Source of the DNA: Utricularia gibba
Lineage: Eukaryota > Plantae > Magnoliophyta
Direction: 5' to 3'
Assembly: GCA_002189035.1 (NCBI GenBank)
Contig: NEEC01000012.1
Span: 2,294,001-2,358,000 of the forward strand
DNA length: 64,000 nucleotides
The stretch's first letter is position 1; each line of letters begins with the position of its first letter. This document shows positions 1 through 10,634 of this stretch, in pieces. The position numbers were made by a program, and so were the translations under genes. The notes beneath the pieces are model-generated. The model had not been told where the DNA came from. It did no database searches and was given only the letters and a program-made list of their open reading frames with translations.

Positions 1-293
1 AACCAGACCTGCAAGCTCAAGGATACGAAGAAACTTCCAGAAGGGTGGTGGCTGATGATCTTGGTGAGGATCATGGCTCCATAGTGTCATCTATTGAAGA
101 AAGCCTCCTGTTTGGTGGCCTGTCGTACACCCTCGAACCCGATCATCAGAATCCGACACCAAATCTGAACGACGAGCATGTTTTGCGGCCGGACTACGTC
201 TTCTCCAAGTTTGAAGTTGCTCATTATCTCCCAAATGGCTTTTACTTTGAATTCCCAGTTGAAGATCCTGCCCTCAGTTCCTGGTCTGACTGA
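1..293 (+). CDS. 3' end of an unidentified protein-coding gene, truncated by the window edge
   Basis: Frame 3 is open from base 3 to TGA at 291-293 (PDLQAQGYEETSRRVVADDLGEDHGS...FEFPVEDPALSSWSD*). It is acidic, has coding-like composition, and is followed by UTR-like T-rich sequence. Family not recognised. Confidence 0.45.
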   Translation, partial: PDLQAQGYEETSRRVVADDLGEDHGSIVSSIEESLLFGGLSYTLEPDHQNPTPNLNDEHVLRPDYVFSKFEVAHYLPNGFYFEFPVEDPALSSWSD

Positions 294-1234
294 TACCATG
301 TATGCTTCTATTTGTATTCTCTGCTACGAACACTCGGAATAAACATCGGACCATGATAAATCTGATGTTAGGGTTCTCCTGTGGTAAGAACTTAGGAAGA
401 AGAAGGCTGTTGCATGGTGCATATTACTTACTATTCAGTAGCTCTCTGTGTTTTCTGGTGTTCAGTGGCGTTGAACAAGTCATTCGTTTGACGTTTTAGT
501 TTATTTAAACAAAAGAAGTACAAACTACCCCTGTAGGCAAACCTGTTCCTATCATACGCTTTTCGGACAAGAACACGTCCGTATACACGCATGCACCGGC
601 ACGAATTTAGGATATGTTGCTATTCCCCACGCGCACAGAAAGTTGATTTGGCGATGATTGTTTCTGAGGAATCTCATTGTCCGCCATGGGCTGACTGCGT
701 GGGTCACAATGTATCCATCTATTTTCAATTTTCATAGTATTGTTCTTTTTGAATATTCAATTCTTATGATTTTCATCATAATTCTATTTAAATCATATTT
801 CTACCTTGTTCATAATCAATGTAAGATTCATCTAAAATCCATGTCCACCCATTGGAAACTCATCATACTCCCTCAAATTTGTCCCATTAAGATTACAGAC
901 CGGAGTTTGGCTCTGATAAGTGTGCACCTGAAGATGGGATATTGCATGGATGACCATGATCAAAATGGATAATATGAATGATCAGAGCGACGTTTATGTC
1001 GGACTGGGGATGTTTCAAATCAGTAATGTCTGAACACTTTTAACATATGAGAAAAAAAAAATGGGGCATTTCACTTAGAGAAGCAGCATCAAGCACACAG
1101 TTTCTACTGCACGTCATCTATCTGTATAGCAGGATTTGCAGCAATGCAAAGGGAAGTAACCAGAAGTATTCAGCCGTTTAGATGAGATGAAGCTGATAAA
1201 AACTGGGAGCGCAGTGGAGGGCGCTGTAGAAGCT

Positions 1235-3901
1235 TCATACTATGACAGTTTCTCCGGTAATCCCATCTTGTAGCTGCAGAGATCCATCCTTCATCAGGTT
1301 CAGACTCAAGCTCTTGAACCTCTCCCTAGAATACTGTCTAGATGCCTTTCTCCAGTCTGTCCCTGTTTTCATCATTGCTACGAATTCATCGTAGCTTATT
1401 TGCCCGTCCTGAAAAGAGAAGGTTATAAACATGCATCACCAACCTTACTAAGAGTCTATTTGGTGTAGCTCAAGTTTCAATAAAAGTATTTTTAGAAGTG
1501 ATTGTTGAACAAAATACATGCTGCTTTTGCTTCACATAGAGCTGAAACAGTGAAGCACTACAATTTTTCAAGAAACTGGGGTACCCATGCTTCAAAAAAA
1601 ACTGAAATGCTTCTAAAATCATTTTTTTGGAGCTGCATCAAACAGACTTCAAGTATTTAATGGAGAAGTTTCGAAGAAGTTGAGATAAACCTTATCTGAG
1701 TCGACCTCCTGCATGATTCTTCTCAGCACCTCCGCATCAGTTTCACCTGATTCATCGGCCAGAACTTCTCGCAATTCTTCAATTTCGATATAGCCACTGC
1801 CATTTTTGTCGAAGAACATGAACGCTCTGCGAAAATGCTCATCATTTTCCATCCTTTGTAAGTGGATGGTAACTGCCACGAATTCTCCATAGTCCAAGAA
1901 TCCATTTCCATTTACATCAGCCTATGGGAGAGTTGAACAAATGTTAAACTGCAACTGTATCAAAAACACATTTTAAACGAAATCAGTGAGCACTTGTGCT
2001 CAAAGAAGGTGAGTAATACCACATCCATCAGCAACTTAATCTCAGGTTCAGCCAGCTGCGAGCCGACTTTTCGTAGACCAGCCCTTAATTCCTCATATGT
2101 TACCTTTCCATCATTGTCAGTATCCATCAATGTAAACATATCCCTTATTACCTCTACCTCTTCAACAGATAAATGTTCTGCAATCACCTACACGGCGTTG
2201 AGGACAAACATTTAGGATCAATGAATAAGGAATGTGTAGGAGATCTCTTATAAAGCATGTTATCCTTCCAATATTCTAATCTAGTGACGCCTGAACTTCG
2301 AAAAACCAAGAAAATGACATGATCTGAGGTCTCAGAATTTGGTATTGTGCAAAGTAAAGAGGAGATGAATATGAAAAAAGCTTACCCTCAATGCTTTCTT
2401 CTTGAATTTGTTCATCATGGAGAACTGTTTAAGTCGTGCCCGAACGATATCTCCGAGTGGAACATTTGAAGCCTTCTTTTCGTTCTGTATCCATGGATGA
2501 TCTGATTCAACAGGAGAAGAGAATAGCACGTTATAATGCATCTTTGGATGTGATCTTTCGTTCAGAATCACCAATACAAAAACGTATCCCACTGAAGAGA
2601 AACCTTAACCAAATATGGATTCTTTTACTTTGTTTTACGATATTGACTGAAAGTATCACACTCTGCTAAGGTTTTTGGAGGTCCTGGAAAATCAGAAAGT
2701 GCTTTCCCTGCTACCCTTACCTTCCCTGTTAAGAGATCAGGATCGCACAAACATAAAACAACCAACATACCAAGCACTTGCTGTGCAGTTAAACGTTTTT
2801 GGGGATCTTGCTCTAGCATCTGCCTAACGAGGCTTTTTGCACTTTCAGAAACCTGCGGCCATGGTTCCCTCTTGAAATCCAACACTCCCCTCAAAATTGC
2901 AAGTGCAACCCCCTGTTCCGTTTCTGCAGTACATGAAAGAAAAGAAAATAAACAACCTAAGCTACAAAAACTCATTCTGCATAAAAGGAGGAAGAAGTAC
3001 CAGCCCAAAACGGGGGAACACCACAGAGTAAAATGTACAGAATCACACCAGCACTCCAAATATCAACTTCAGGCCCATAATTTCGTCTCAATACCTCTGG
3101 TGCCATATAATAAGGACTTCCCACAATCTCAGTAAACTTTTCACCTGTCAAAAAAGATTTCTTTATAGCATAGTGGCTAGTCTTACCATCAAGGAACAGA
3201 AACAAGTATGAAGGGTGGGAATATATAGAGAAACTACAAGTCCAAGGATGCCTACCAGGTTTGAAAAACACGGACAATCCAAAATCAATGGCCTTGAGAG
3301 GAGAATGCTCCTTCTTGTTAGCAAAAAGGAAATTCTCAGGCTTCAAATCTCTATGCATAACACCATTTTGATGGCACATCTTTACAACCTCAGCGATCGT
3401 CTTCGCCACCGCCGCAGCGGCCCTCTCGCTGTAGTGCCCACGCGCCACAATTCGATCAAAAAGCTCACCACCCTCACACAACTCCATCACCAAATGCACA
3501 GCTTCGTTATCTTCATAAGTAGCCCGAAGCTTCACGATATTTGGATGCTCCGGTAAACTCGACATGATCGCTACTTCCCGTCGAACATCCTCAACATCCA
3601 CCGCCGTCCGGAGCTTCTTCTTCGAAATCGACTTACAAGCTAACCCCTCACGCGTCTCCCTATCGGTGCAGAGATAAGTAATCCCAAATTCCCCTCTACC
3701 TAACTCGCGGCCAAGAATATACTTATCAGAAATCCTGGTATGAGGCGAGAAATCCTTCAGAACACGGATCGGAGACGGCGATTGCCCGTAGGCGTTGGAG
3801 AAGCGATCCCGTGGCTTCTTCCTTTGTTTTCTTCCCTGGGATTTAGGAGAAGAAGTGGGTTCTTCCCCCGTAGCTCGCACACAGGCATTACAGTTGCCCA
3901 T
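1235..3901 (-). CDS. CPK10/30: Calcium-dependent protein kinase, subgroup III (CPK10/CPK30-like)
   Basis: Exons 3901-3256, 3144-3001, 2923-2771, 2501-2386, 2187-2020, 1921-1691, 1408-1235, all GT-AG with consistent phases. N-terminus MGNCNAC (myristoylation/palmitoylation). Kinase motifs [25 protein letters not shown]. Junction domain [16 protein letters not shown]. Four EF hands ([28 protein letters not shown]). True ATG is 3901; 3904 is GTG. Confidence 0.96.
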
Positions 3902-6049
3902 CACTGAAGAAGCCTTAAGCTTCTTTTCACCGGAGGAAGCTCAAGTTGGAGCCGCCGTCAACGGCCGGCGGAGAGTAGTTGGGGTGTGCTTAAACTATAG
4001 TCGTCGGAGTAAGGAGGACATTTTTTCTGCTCAAACAATTAAAAAAAGATCCCGATTTCTCCGTTTTACCATTTAATTCTCCACATTAAATAAAAACAAT
4101 TAAATTTATTGTGAGCCGCGCATTAAATTTTAGAAAATAAAAACAAATCATATTTTGGGATGTCTGGAAGATGAAGACATTTAACGTGTTTCTTCCTTAT
4201 TGGAGAAAAAACCTCTAAATTGAACTTGAAATTTTCTTGTGACGAATTTGACCCGGCGTGATCACCCTCTTGACTTCCAAGTTCTCCTCCTCCCTGGTTG
4301 AACATTCCAAGGTCTTGTATTTTAGTTTCTAGAATATGTTGTCACAACATTGTTTTGTAACAAATAATTGTACGATAATGTCCGCTTCAGACATTTAATC
4401 TTCATAATTTATATTTTTTTCTTTTAGATAAAAAGTACTCATATAAAATTAGGATGGTATTTATATTTAAACATATTTATTTCTCTATTCGTAACCAATA
4501 TATTATATCGTCATAAGTTCCCAGATCTTATATTGTTTGATATGTCAAAATTTTAGAACTAAATATATCCAATATATTAAAATTTGAGAATTGAATATAC
4601 CAATAAAAATTAATTATTCTATTTTCATTAAATATTAAGAACTACTCGTATCAATTTTATTAAATGGTATGGATGTCTCGGATCGAGTTCCTATTAACAC
4701 TAAATCAAATAGATATTTCTAGAATTACAACCAAAATTAAAACACATTAAAGAATTGTTGCTATTATTAAAATATGTAAAATATGTTTAATACAATATTT
4801 TAGTGTTTTCTATGATATTATATTAATTAAACTTAAAAAATATTTTCCCCTTTACTTTCCAACCTTAGTATCTAATAATTATAGTAAAGAATTATCTTTA
4901 TACATTTTAATTCATGATAATTAAAATTTAATTATTTTTATATAAAAATTACAAATTAAAATGATATAAAATAATTTATATCAACCATAATTCTATTAAA
5001 ATCATTTAAAATAGTTTTTAAACATCATACAGGGTTTACCCTGTACAGTAAATATAATAATGATGACTTTGTTTTTTACTGTAGGCATGTTGTGCCAAAT
5101 TAAGGTGATAAGTCAACGTCAAATAAATGGTGTAGGTCAATTTTTTACCCAACTCCTGCGGTAAATCGTATTAATTGATTGGGCTTGCTGTACTTTGTGG
5201 GTGGGCCCGCTACTGCTACTTTGAGTAATTACTGTTGACCAGTAAAAGGAAGCAACCCTAGTTAATTGTATTTAATCTGATTACATTTTAACTTCAGTGT
5301 AAAAATAATTTGGAAAAGGAGGTAAACATCCAAAGAAAAAAATAGTAAAAGGGTTATGTAATATGTATTTTAGAATAAATTAATTTCTTGAAAATATATC
5401 GTTATAAAAAATTAATAATTTATGATATTTTTAGCAAATAAATTTATATTTTCAAGAAGTAGGATAACTTATTTTATGTTTTATTTGAATAATTTATTGA
5501 CAAGTGTTTTTAAATAATTAGAATCAACAAATCTATTTGGAATTATTTCTATTTCTGAAAAAATATTTTAGAAATATTTTTGTTGTTAAATTCTAATGAT
5601 TTTATTTTAAAAATAGTAAAAATCTAAATACCTTTTTTATTTTTAAGGAAATGTAGATATAAGTTGAATTTTATAAAAATATTTTGCAAGAAGTAAAAAA
5701 AAAAACAGAAATTAAGTGGTTTGCTAATGCACACAACATCTTATAAAATTCTAAACCCTAGAATTCCTAAATTCTCCTTTTTTTTCAGAAATTTCTTTTG
5801 TAGTCTGCTTATTTTTAGTAATTAAAGAAACAGACTCATTTAGATGGAAAAAAACGTCTTGAAATGGATTCTGATGATTTTTCACTCCCCCTGCTTTCAT
5901 GAGTTGGATCAAGAGCTGCAATGGCCGGAGACAGGCGAGATTGAAGGAACACCATCTGCTAAGCTGCTGAAAAACTTGCTGAGGACTAGATAAGTTCTGA
6001 AGGGATGGAATTCATCTGTATTTGGAGATGCGGCTCCTGCTCAACAGAA

Positions 6050-6612
6050 GGTACAAGGACGTGAATATGTTGGAACAGGGAGCTGAAACGGAGGTTCTTC
6101 CTGCGCAGGAACAACAAAAACAAGTTTGGAAATTGGAATTGGAGGAAGGATGACATGCTATGCTATTGGGAGCCCAGAGGATGGATATCTAGAGGGATTC
6201 GAGGAATCACTGTTGCCGGAAAATGGATCTCTGATACTGAGGGGTTGGAGAAGCGGCCTGGACTTTCCTTGAACCAGAATTTATTGACCCGACTGAGACA
6301 GATGAATGGATACTGAATATGCAGGGTATTAACAGGGAGAGTAGTGAGGAACAGATAAAGGAAGCATAGCAGTATGGGACTGTGGAGATGGAAAATGCTG
6401 TTAGACCCGATGGACTTAACTATGGACACTGGCGGGATGATATAGGACGGGGTGCGTGCGCATGGATTCAAGAATATCAGACTTCTGCTAAAGCTAACGC
6501 TTCCTTCATTACGGTTCCCCAACATGGAGTGAATTCTTTTGTCATAACTTCTCTGTTCAAACTGAAGTTGCAGAAAGAACATGACCATTGCAATTTATTA
6601 CCTGAAGATTAA
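6050..6612 (+). mobile_element. Degenerate L1-type LINE ORF2 relic (linker between endonuclease and RT)
   Basis: Interrupted frames give RGIRGITVAGKWISDTEGLEK, SEEQIKEA*, RPDGLNYGHW and AKANASFITVP. These resemble the plant L1 ORF2 motifs ..I.GL.V.G.WI.DP..IK, SEEEIKEAV, GPDGFNF..W and GCNASFITLIP. In-frame stops are present. Confidence 0.55.
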
Positions 6613-6921
6613 AAGCAACCCTTGTGAAGTTCAACCAAATCCCTTCGTTTGATGACTGAACTAACAGAGGGCGAAATCTGAAGAAATGCAATGGCTTGTT
6701 CACATCTCAACTACCTCACTTGGAAACCAAACAACCCATGTTGAAATTATGCGGAAATAAACCGGAGTAAAGCGGAAGCATGTACCTGAACCCATCATCA
6801 CATTTTTCGGACTAATCGAGGATTAAGACATAAAGGCTCGACGCCAGAATAGATTCTAGCAACTCCATGTTGTATATATACAACACGAGCGAAGAGATGC
6901 TGAAGATTATTGCATTCTTCA

Positions 6922-7248
6922 ATGGCCATTGCGGACATTCTTGCGGTTCTCCTCAGGCCGAAAACGAACACGATCCCGAATCAAACTGAGGAGGGATCAA
7001 TTTTAAGGTCCGATCCTCCTGAAATGATTGCTGATTGCACTGTCTGCTTATCCATCTTGAAGGGTACAAGCAGCATAAGGGTGCTGCCCTGCCGGCATCC
7101 TTTCCACCGCGCGTGTGTGGATCGGTGGCTGGAATCGCCCCTTGCCCATGACTCCTGCCCCATCTGCAGGCACTCGGTGAACGAAGGCTGGAGAGTTACA
7201 GACGAAATGGTCACATGGTTTTCTTCATTTCACGTAGCTGGCTTCTGA
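6922..7248 (+). CDS. Small single-exon RING-H2 E3 ubiquitin ligase
   Basis: C-x2-C...C-x-H-x2-H-x2-C..W..C-x2-C pattern (CTVC...PCRHPFHRACVDRW...CPIC) and C-terminus EMVTWFSSFHVAGF. First ATG at 6922; 6910 is TTG. Confidence 0.9.
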   Translation: MAIADILAVLLRPKTNTIPNQTEEGSILRSDPPEMIADCTVCLSILKGTSSIRVLPCRHPFHRACVDRWLESPLAHDSCPICRHSVNEGWRVTDEMVTWFSSFHVAGF

Positions 7249-7507
7249 TATTTAACACTTTTGGAATTTTTTGTTCCACGTTCCAATTAGTTCATCCATT
7301 TCTTGTATTGTTTTATTGGCAAATGGCGTTGTGGGCTGGGCCAGGGCGGCGGAGACAGCTTGAGTCAACGGAGCCATACACTAGGGATACACACGGTCAA
7401 CGGAATTTGGGCTGGGTTGCGAAACACGGGCCAATTTCCTAGAGCTGGGCTGGACCGACTCCAGCCTTTTAAGTAGGCACTGATTTTGGGTGGGTTGGGG
7501 TGGGATT

Positions 7508-7661
7508 CGGGAGGCCCGCACGGGCGAGTTCTGCGAAGTAAGCAGCGTCAGCGCCCGGCCAGCCTATCGCCCCTCCATAAATTCTGGCGCCACTTAGCAT
7601 GGACGCTGCGGCCGGTTCTCACCGCCCGCTTTGTTTTCCTTACTCATTAGTTTAAGGCAAG
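7508..7661 (-). ncRNA. U12: U12 snRNA (minor spliceosome)
   Basis: Minus strand reads TTGCCTTAAACTAATGAGTAAGGAAAACAAAGCG..., matching the conserved U12 5' end with the branch-point-pairing GUAAGGA. Stem CCTTA/TAAGG; hairpin GCGGGCGGT-GAGA-ACCGGCCGC; TGCTAA loop; Sm-like site AATTTATGG; long 3' stem GGGCGA/TCGCCC with terminal hairpin CTGC-TTACTTC-GCAG (65K-binding loop type). Ends are approximate to a few nt. Confidence 0.9.
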
Positions 7662-7683
7662 TATAATAGTAAACCCCGTTCAA

Positions 7684-7735
7684 TATTTATAGTCATATTC
7701 CTCCTTGGAATGCTTTACCTTTGGCGATGTGGGAT
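7684..7735 (-). promoter_or_regulatory. Plant snRNA promoter: USE plus TATA box, Pol II-type spacing
   Basis: ATCCCACATCG at 7735-7725 is a perfect match to the USE consensus RTCCCACATCG. A 33-bp spacer precedes TATAAATA at 7691-7684, about 30 nt upstream of the U12 start. 32-36 bp spacing is the Pol II snRNA class. Confidence 0.9.
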
Positions 7736-7739
7736 ACTA

Positions 7740-8035
7740 GCAAATTGGAGATGCAGTTTCTTTCTATTCCACAGCAGAGGGGATGCAGCACCGCCATGGC
7801 GTACCGCACATCTGTAGTGTTGCTGATCGCAGAAGGTGGATCAACGGCGGGGTGCTCGCGAGATTCTTCGATAGCGTTCAACATGATTTTGATTAAAGTA
7901 GGAATCACTCCGGTGCCGAGGACCTTCCTCGTATTTTCCTTTTTCAGTGAGATCTGCTAGCGCCGCCGCTGCACGAAATCGCCTGATGAAGCCGAAACGT
8001 AGCCCGATAACGCAGGGGCCGGAGACGGGGGCCAC
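7740..8035 (-). pseudogene. Possible decayed U-box/ARM-repeat gene fragment
   Basis: Two frames joined by one indel give ..LRFGFIRRFRAAAAL / QISLKKENTRKVLGTGVIPTLIKIM, resembling ARM-repeat consensus (AA.AL..LSL.KEN....G.IP.LV.L). No intact ORF. Confidence 0.3.
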
Positions 8036-8400
8036 AAACCAACGGAGACGGAAATCGCTGCCTTAACGGGGAGATGGGTAACCACAGTGAAACACCGGGT
8101 AACGAGCCGGCGGGAAGAGACGGCGTGAAAAGGCACCTTCATACACAGGCGATAATGGGGGTGTTAAAAATCAAAGCTTGAAGAAATCAATCCATGGCGG
8201 ATCCACAAGAAAAGTTCCAGTTTCGGCTCAATAGCAGCCGCAACTTCTGATTTCGCATACTAAACTGGAAAAGGAATTTCATAGACCTCGACAAAGCATC
8301 CATCCCTTTGCTTGACTGCGGCTACGGGAGGATGGAGACCAAACAGCAGGCGAGTATGACGATGTCTCTATTGTATACCGTATGTGAAATGCAGGAAGGC

Positions 8401-9801
8401 CTACGTCTTGCAAGCCTTGCTATCTTCGCATAATTCCTTCTGTAGAATGCAGCAAAGCAACAATGCCAGCAGCGCACTAGCAGAGAGTAGCAACTATAAA
8501 ATCAAATGCAAACCTTTCTCCTCCGGGCCTCCAGGACTGCTTCCAGAGGTGGTCGACCTGAAACTCCGAAATCGAATCATTTACATCAGAAACCATGACC
8601 ATATTGAGCAAATGTGGGATACAGGTTATTCTGGAAATCAACCTGTGATTGGAAGGCGGTATTTAGCCCAAACAGCATATACAGCAGCAGCAACAGTTGC
8701 AATCTGTAACCATCAGAGCCTCAGACAAAATGGGGTGATACCCAAGTTGAAGATGACAAGATTGGGAACCTCTCTTAACCAGTTGAGTGCTTAACTTACA
8801 GGTTCGTATTTGGTAATCGCGTAAACCCATCCTAACCCCACTGCTTCATACAGTTTCCGAAATGCCTGTGAAATCCAGAGTTCATCGTTACTACAGGGCA
8901 TATCCTGAAGGCACAAATCCGAATGATGATTGAATGGGTTGAACTCTATGTTGGGACTGTGACCTACAACTGGACTGGATCATCTCTTGCTCAACAGCAA
9001 GGCTGTTTCATTAGCAACTTTGAGCCATAACATCATCAAGGCACAACCTTAGCTCTCTATAGATGTTGCTACCCTCTACACTTGATGTGCATTATGTATA
9101 TCGTGATGAACATACACAAGGATGAACTAACCTCCACGTCTTTGACAATGGTTCCATCCGATTCGATGGCGTGAATTCGGCCCATAACCTGCATCAACGC
9201 ACATCCAGAGCAACAGAATACTGGATAAGAAGGAAAAGAACTTGAGCAAGCTTACTGTTTCGTAATCAAGTTGTTGATTTTCCTCAGGACTATAGTGAGT
9301 TAAACTGATGTCCACAAACTTGATGGTTCTGTACTGCTCATTCCTCTTCCTCAGCATGTCAACCTGAAGAATAAAGAATCATCAGTACTGCTTTTCATGA
9401 ACCAACACATGCATCGACAGAACTATAATCTAAATGGGAATGATGAAGGAATTCCATACGGGTTTGCAGTTAGAACCTACCTCACGCATACACAGTGGGC
9501 AATCTCCATCGTAAAGCATCTTAATCTTCCAATCCTCCGGCGGAGCTGTTTCATTTTCTTTCCTCACGGAATCCACTGCAGTTTCGTTCGTCGCTCGAAT
9601 AGGAAACCTCACTACGGAAGTTCATAATTACTCCCAATTTGAAAATACACGGAATTCCAAGAAATTTCAGTGATCGGTACCTGAGCAGAATCGGGGAAAA
9701 GCGGTTGCCCGCGGTGAAACTGCAAGCGGTGTCAGGAGAAAGCGAGGAGCTGAGGAGGCCTTTGCTTGCCCTACGACAGTCACCGCCCATCGGATCGCCA
9801 T
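8401..9801 (-). CDS. DCC-family thiol-disulfide oxidoreductase with organellar transit peptide
   Basis: Exons 9801-9681, 9611-9481, 9363-9256, 9188-9132, 8875-8800, 8703-8643, 8557-8514, 8439-8401. Motif WKIKMLYDGDCPLCMREV (DxxCxxC), then MGRIHAI, AFRKLYEAVGLGWVYA, WAKYRLPITGRPPL. Confidence 0.92.
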
Positions 9802-10634
9802 GAAATTTTGCACTCAAATTTCTGGGACATCATCGTTTACTTCGCATGCTCCAGGAATTCCCGTGACGTGGATTTATCACCGTCAATGCTTTGCCTTGCC
9901 ATTTTTGAGCCTGCAGGTTTTGAAAATCATTTTTTAAATATACCTGTCCATAAATATGTAATAATAATTCATATAATCTGTTTAAAATAACTTTATTTTA
10001 TAAAAAAAATGTTATAAGTGTTTTTTTATTACAAGATAGAAATGATTTATACTTCAAAAATATTAGAATTTATATCCCCTGTTATGCTTAGGAAATTACA
10101 GAGCCTCATATTTTACTTTATTGAAAATAATTCTCAAAAAATGATTTTAAGAAAGTAAAATCAAACAAATCTAAATACACTTATATGCTGTGGATGTGCT
10201 ATGGCAGTAGATGCTTCTTAGAAGAAATGCTATAATCCCAGATACTCTGTTGCATCATGCCAAGAACTTGTAGCATCATGACCTGACATTGAGATTGAGC
10301 TTGCATGTAATTAATTCACTAATTGTTAACCCACGATCCAATCATCATCATAAAATACATATACCACACGCAATGCTGCTGCACATAGAACATGATAATT
10401 AAACAAATTGCAGCATATTCATCAGCATCAAGGAAACAGCTGAAGCGCTTCAATTCATTACCTTGTGGGCTAACGCATCCATCAGTGTTGTGCACTAGCC
10501 ACCCCCCTAGTCACGAGTGAACCAACAGACTAAATGGCTTAAATCTAAGCTGTGAGATATTGAACTACGAATTCAGTGGAAGCCAGGGGGAGGCTTGGAG
10601 GATCAACCAGTAAAAAATAGAGGTGGCTCCTTTG

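Noticed and set aside
7693-7960. 71-79-aa ORFs on both strands next to U12
   Set aside because: They run through the USE/TATA promoter and are better explained as promoter plus possible relic than as genes.
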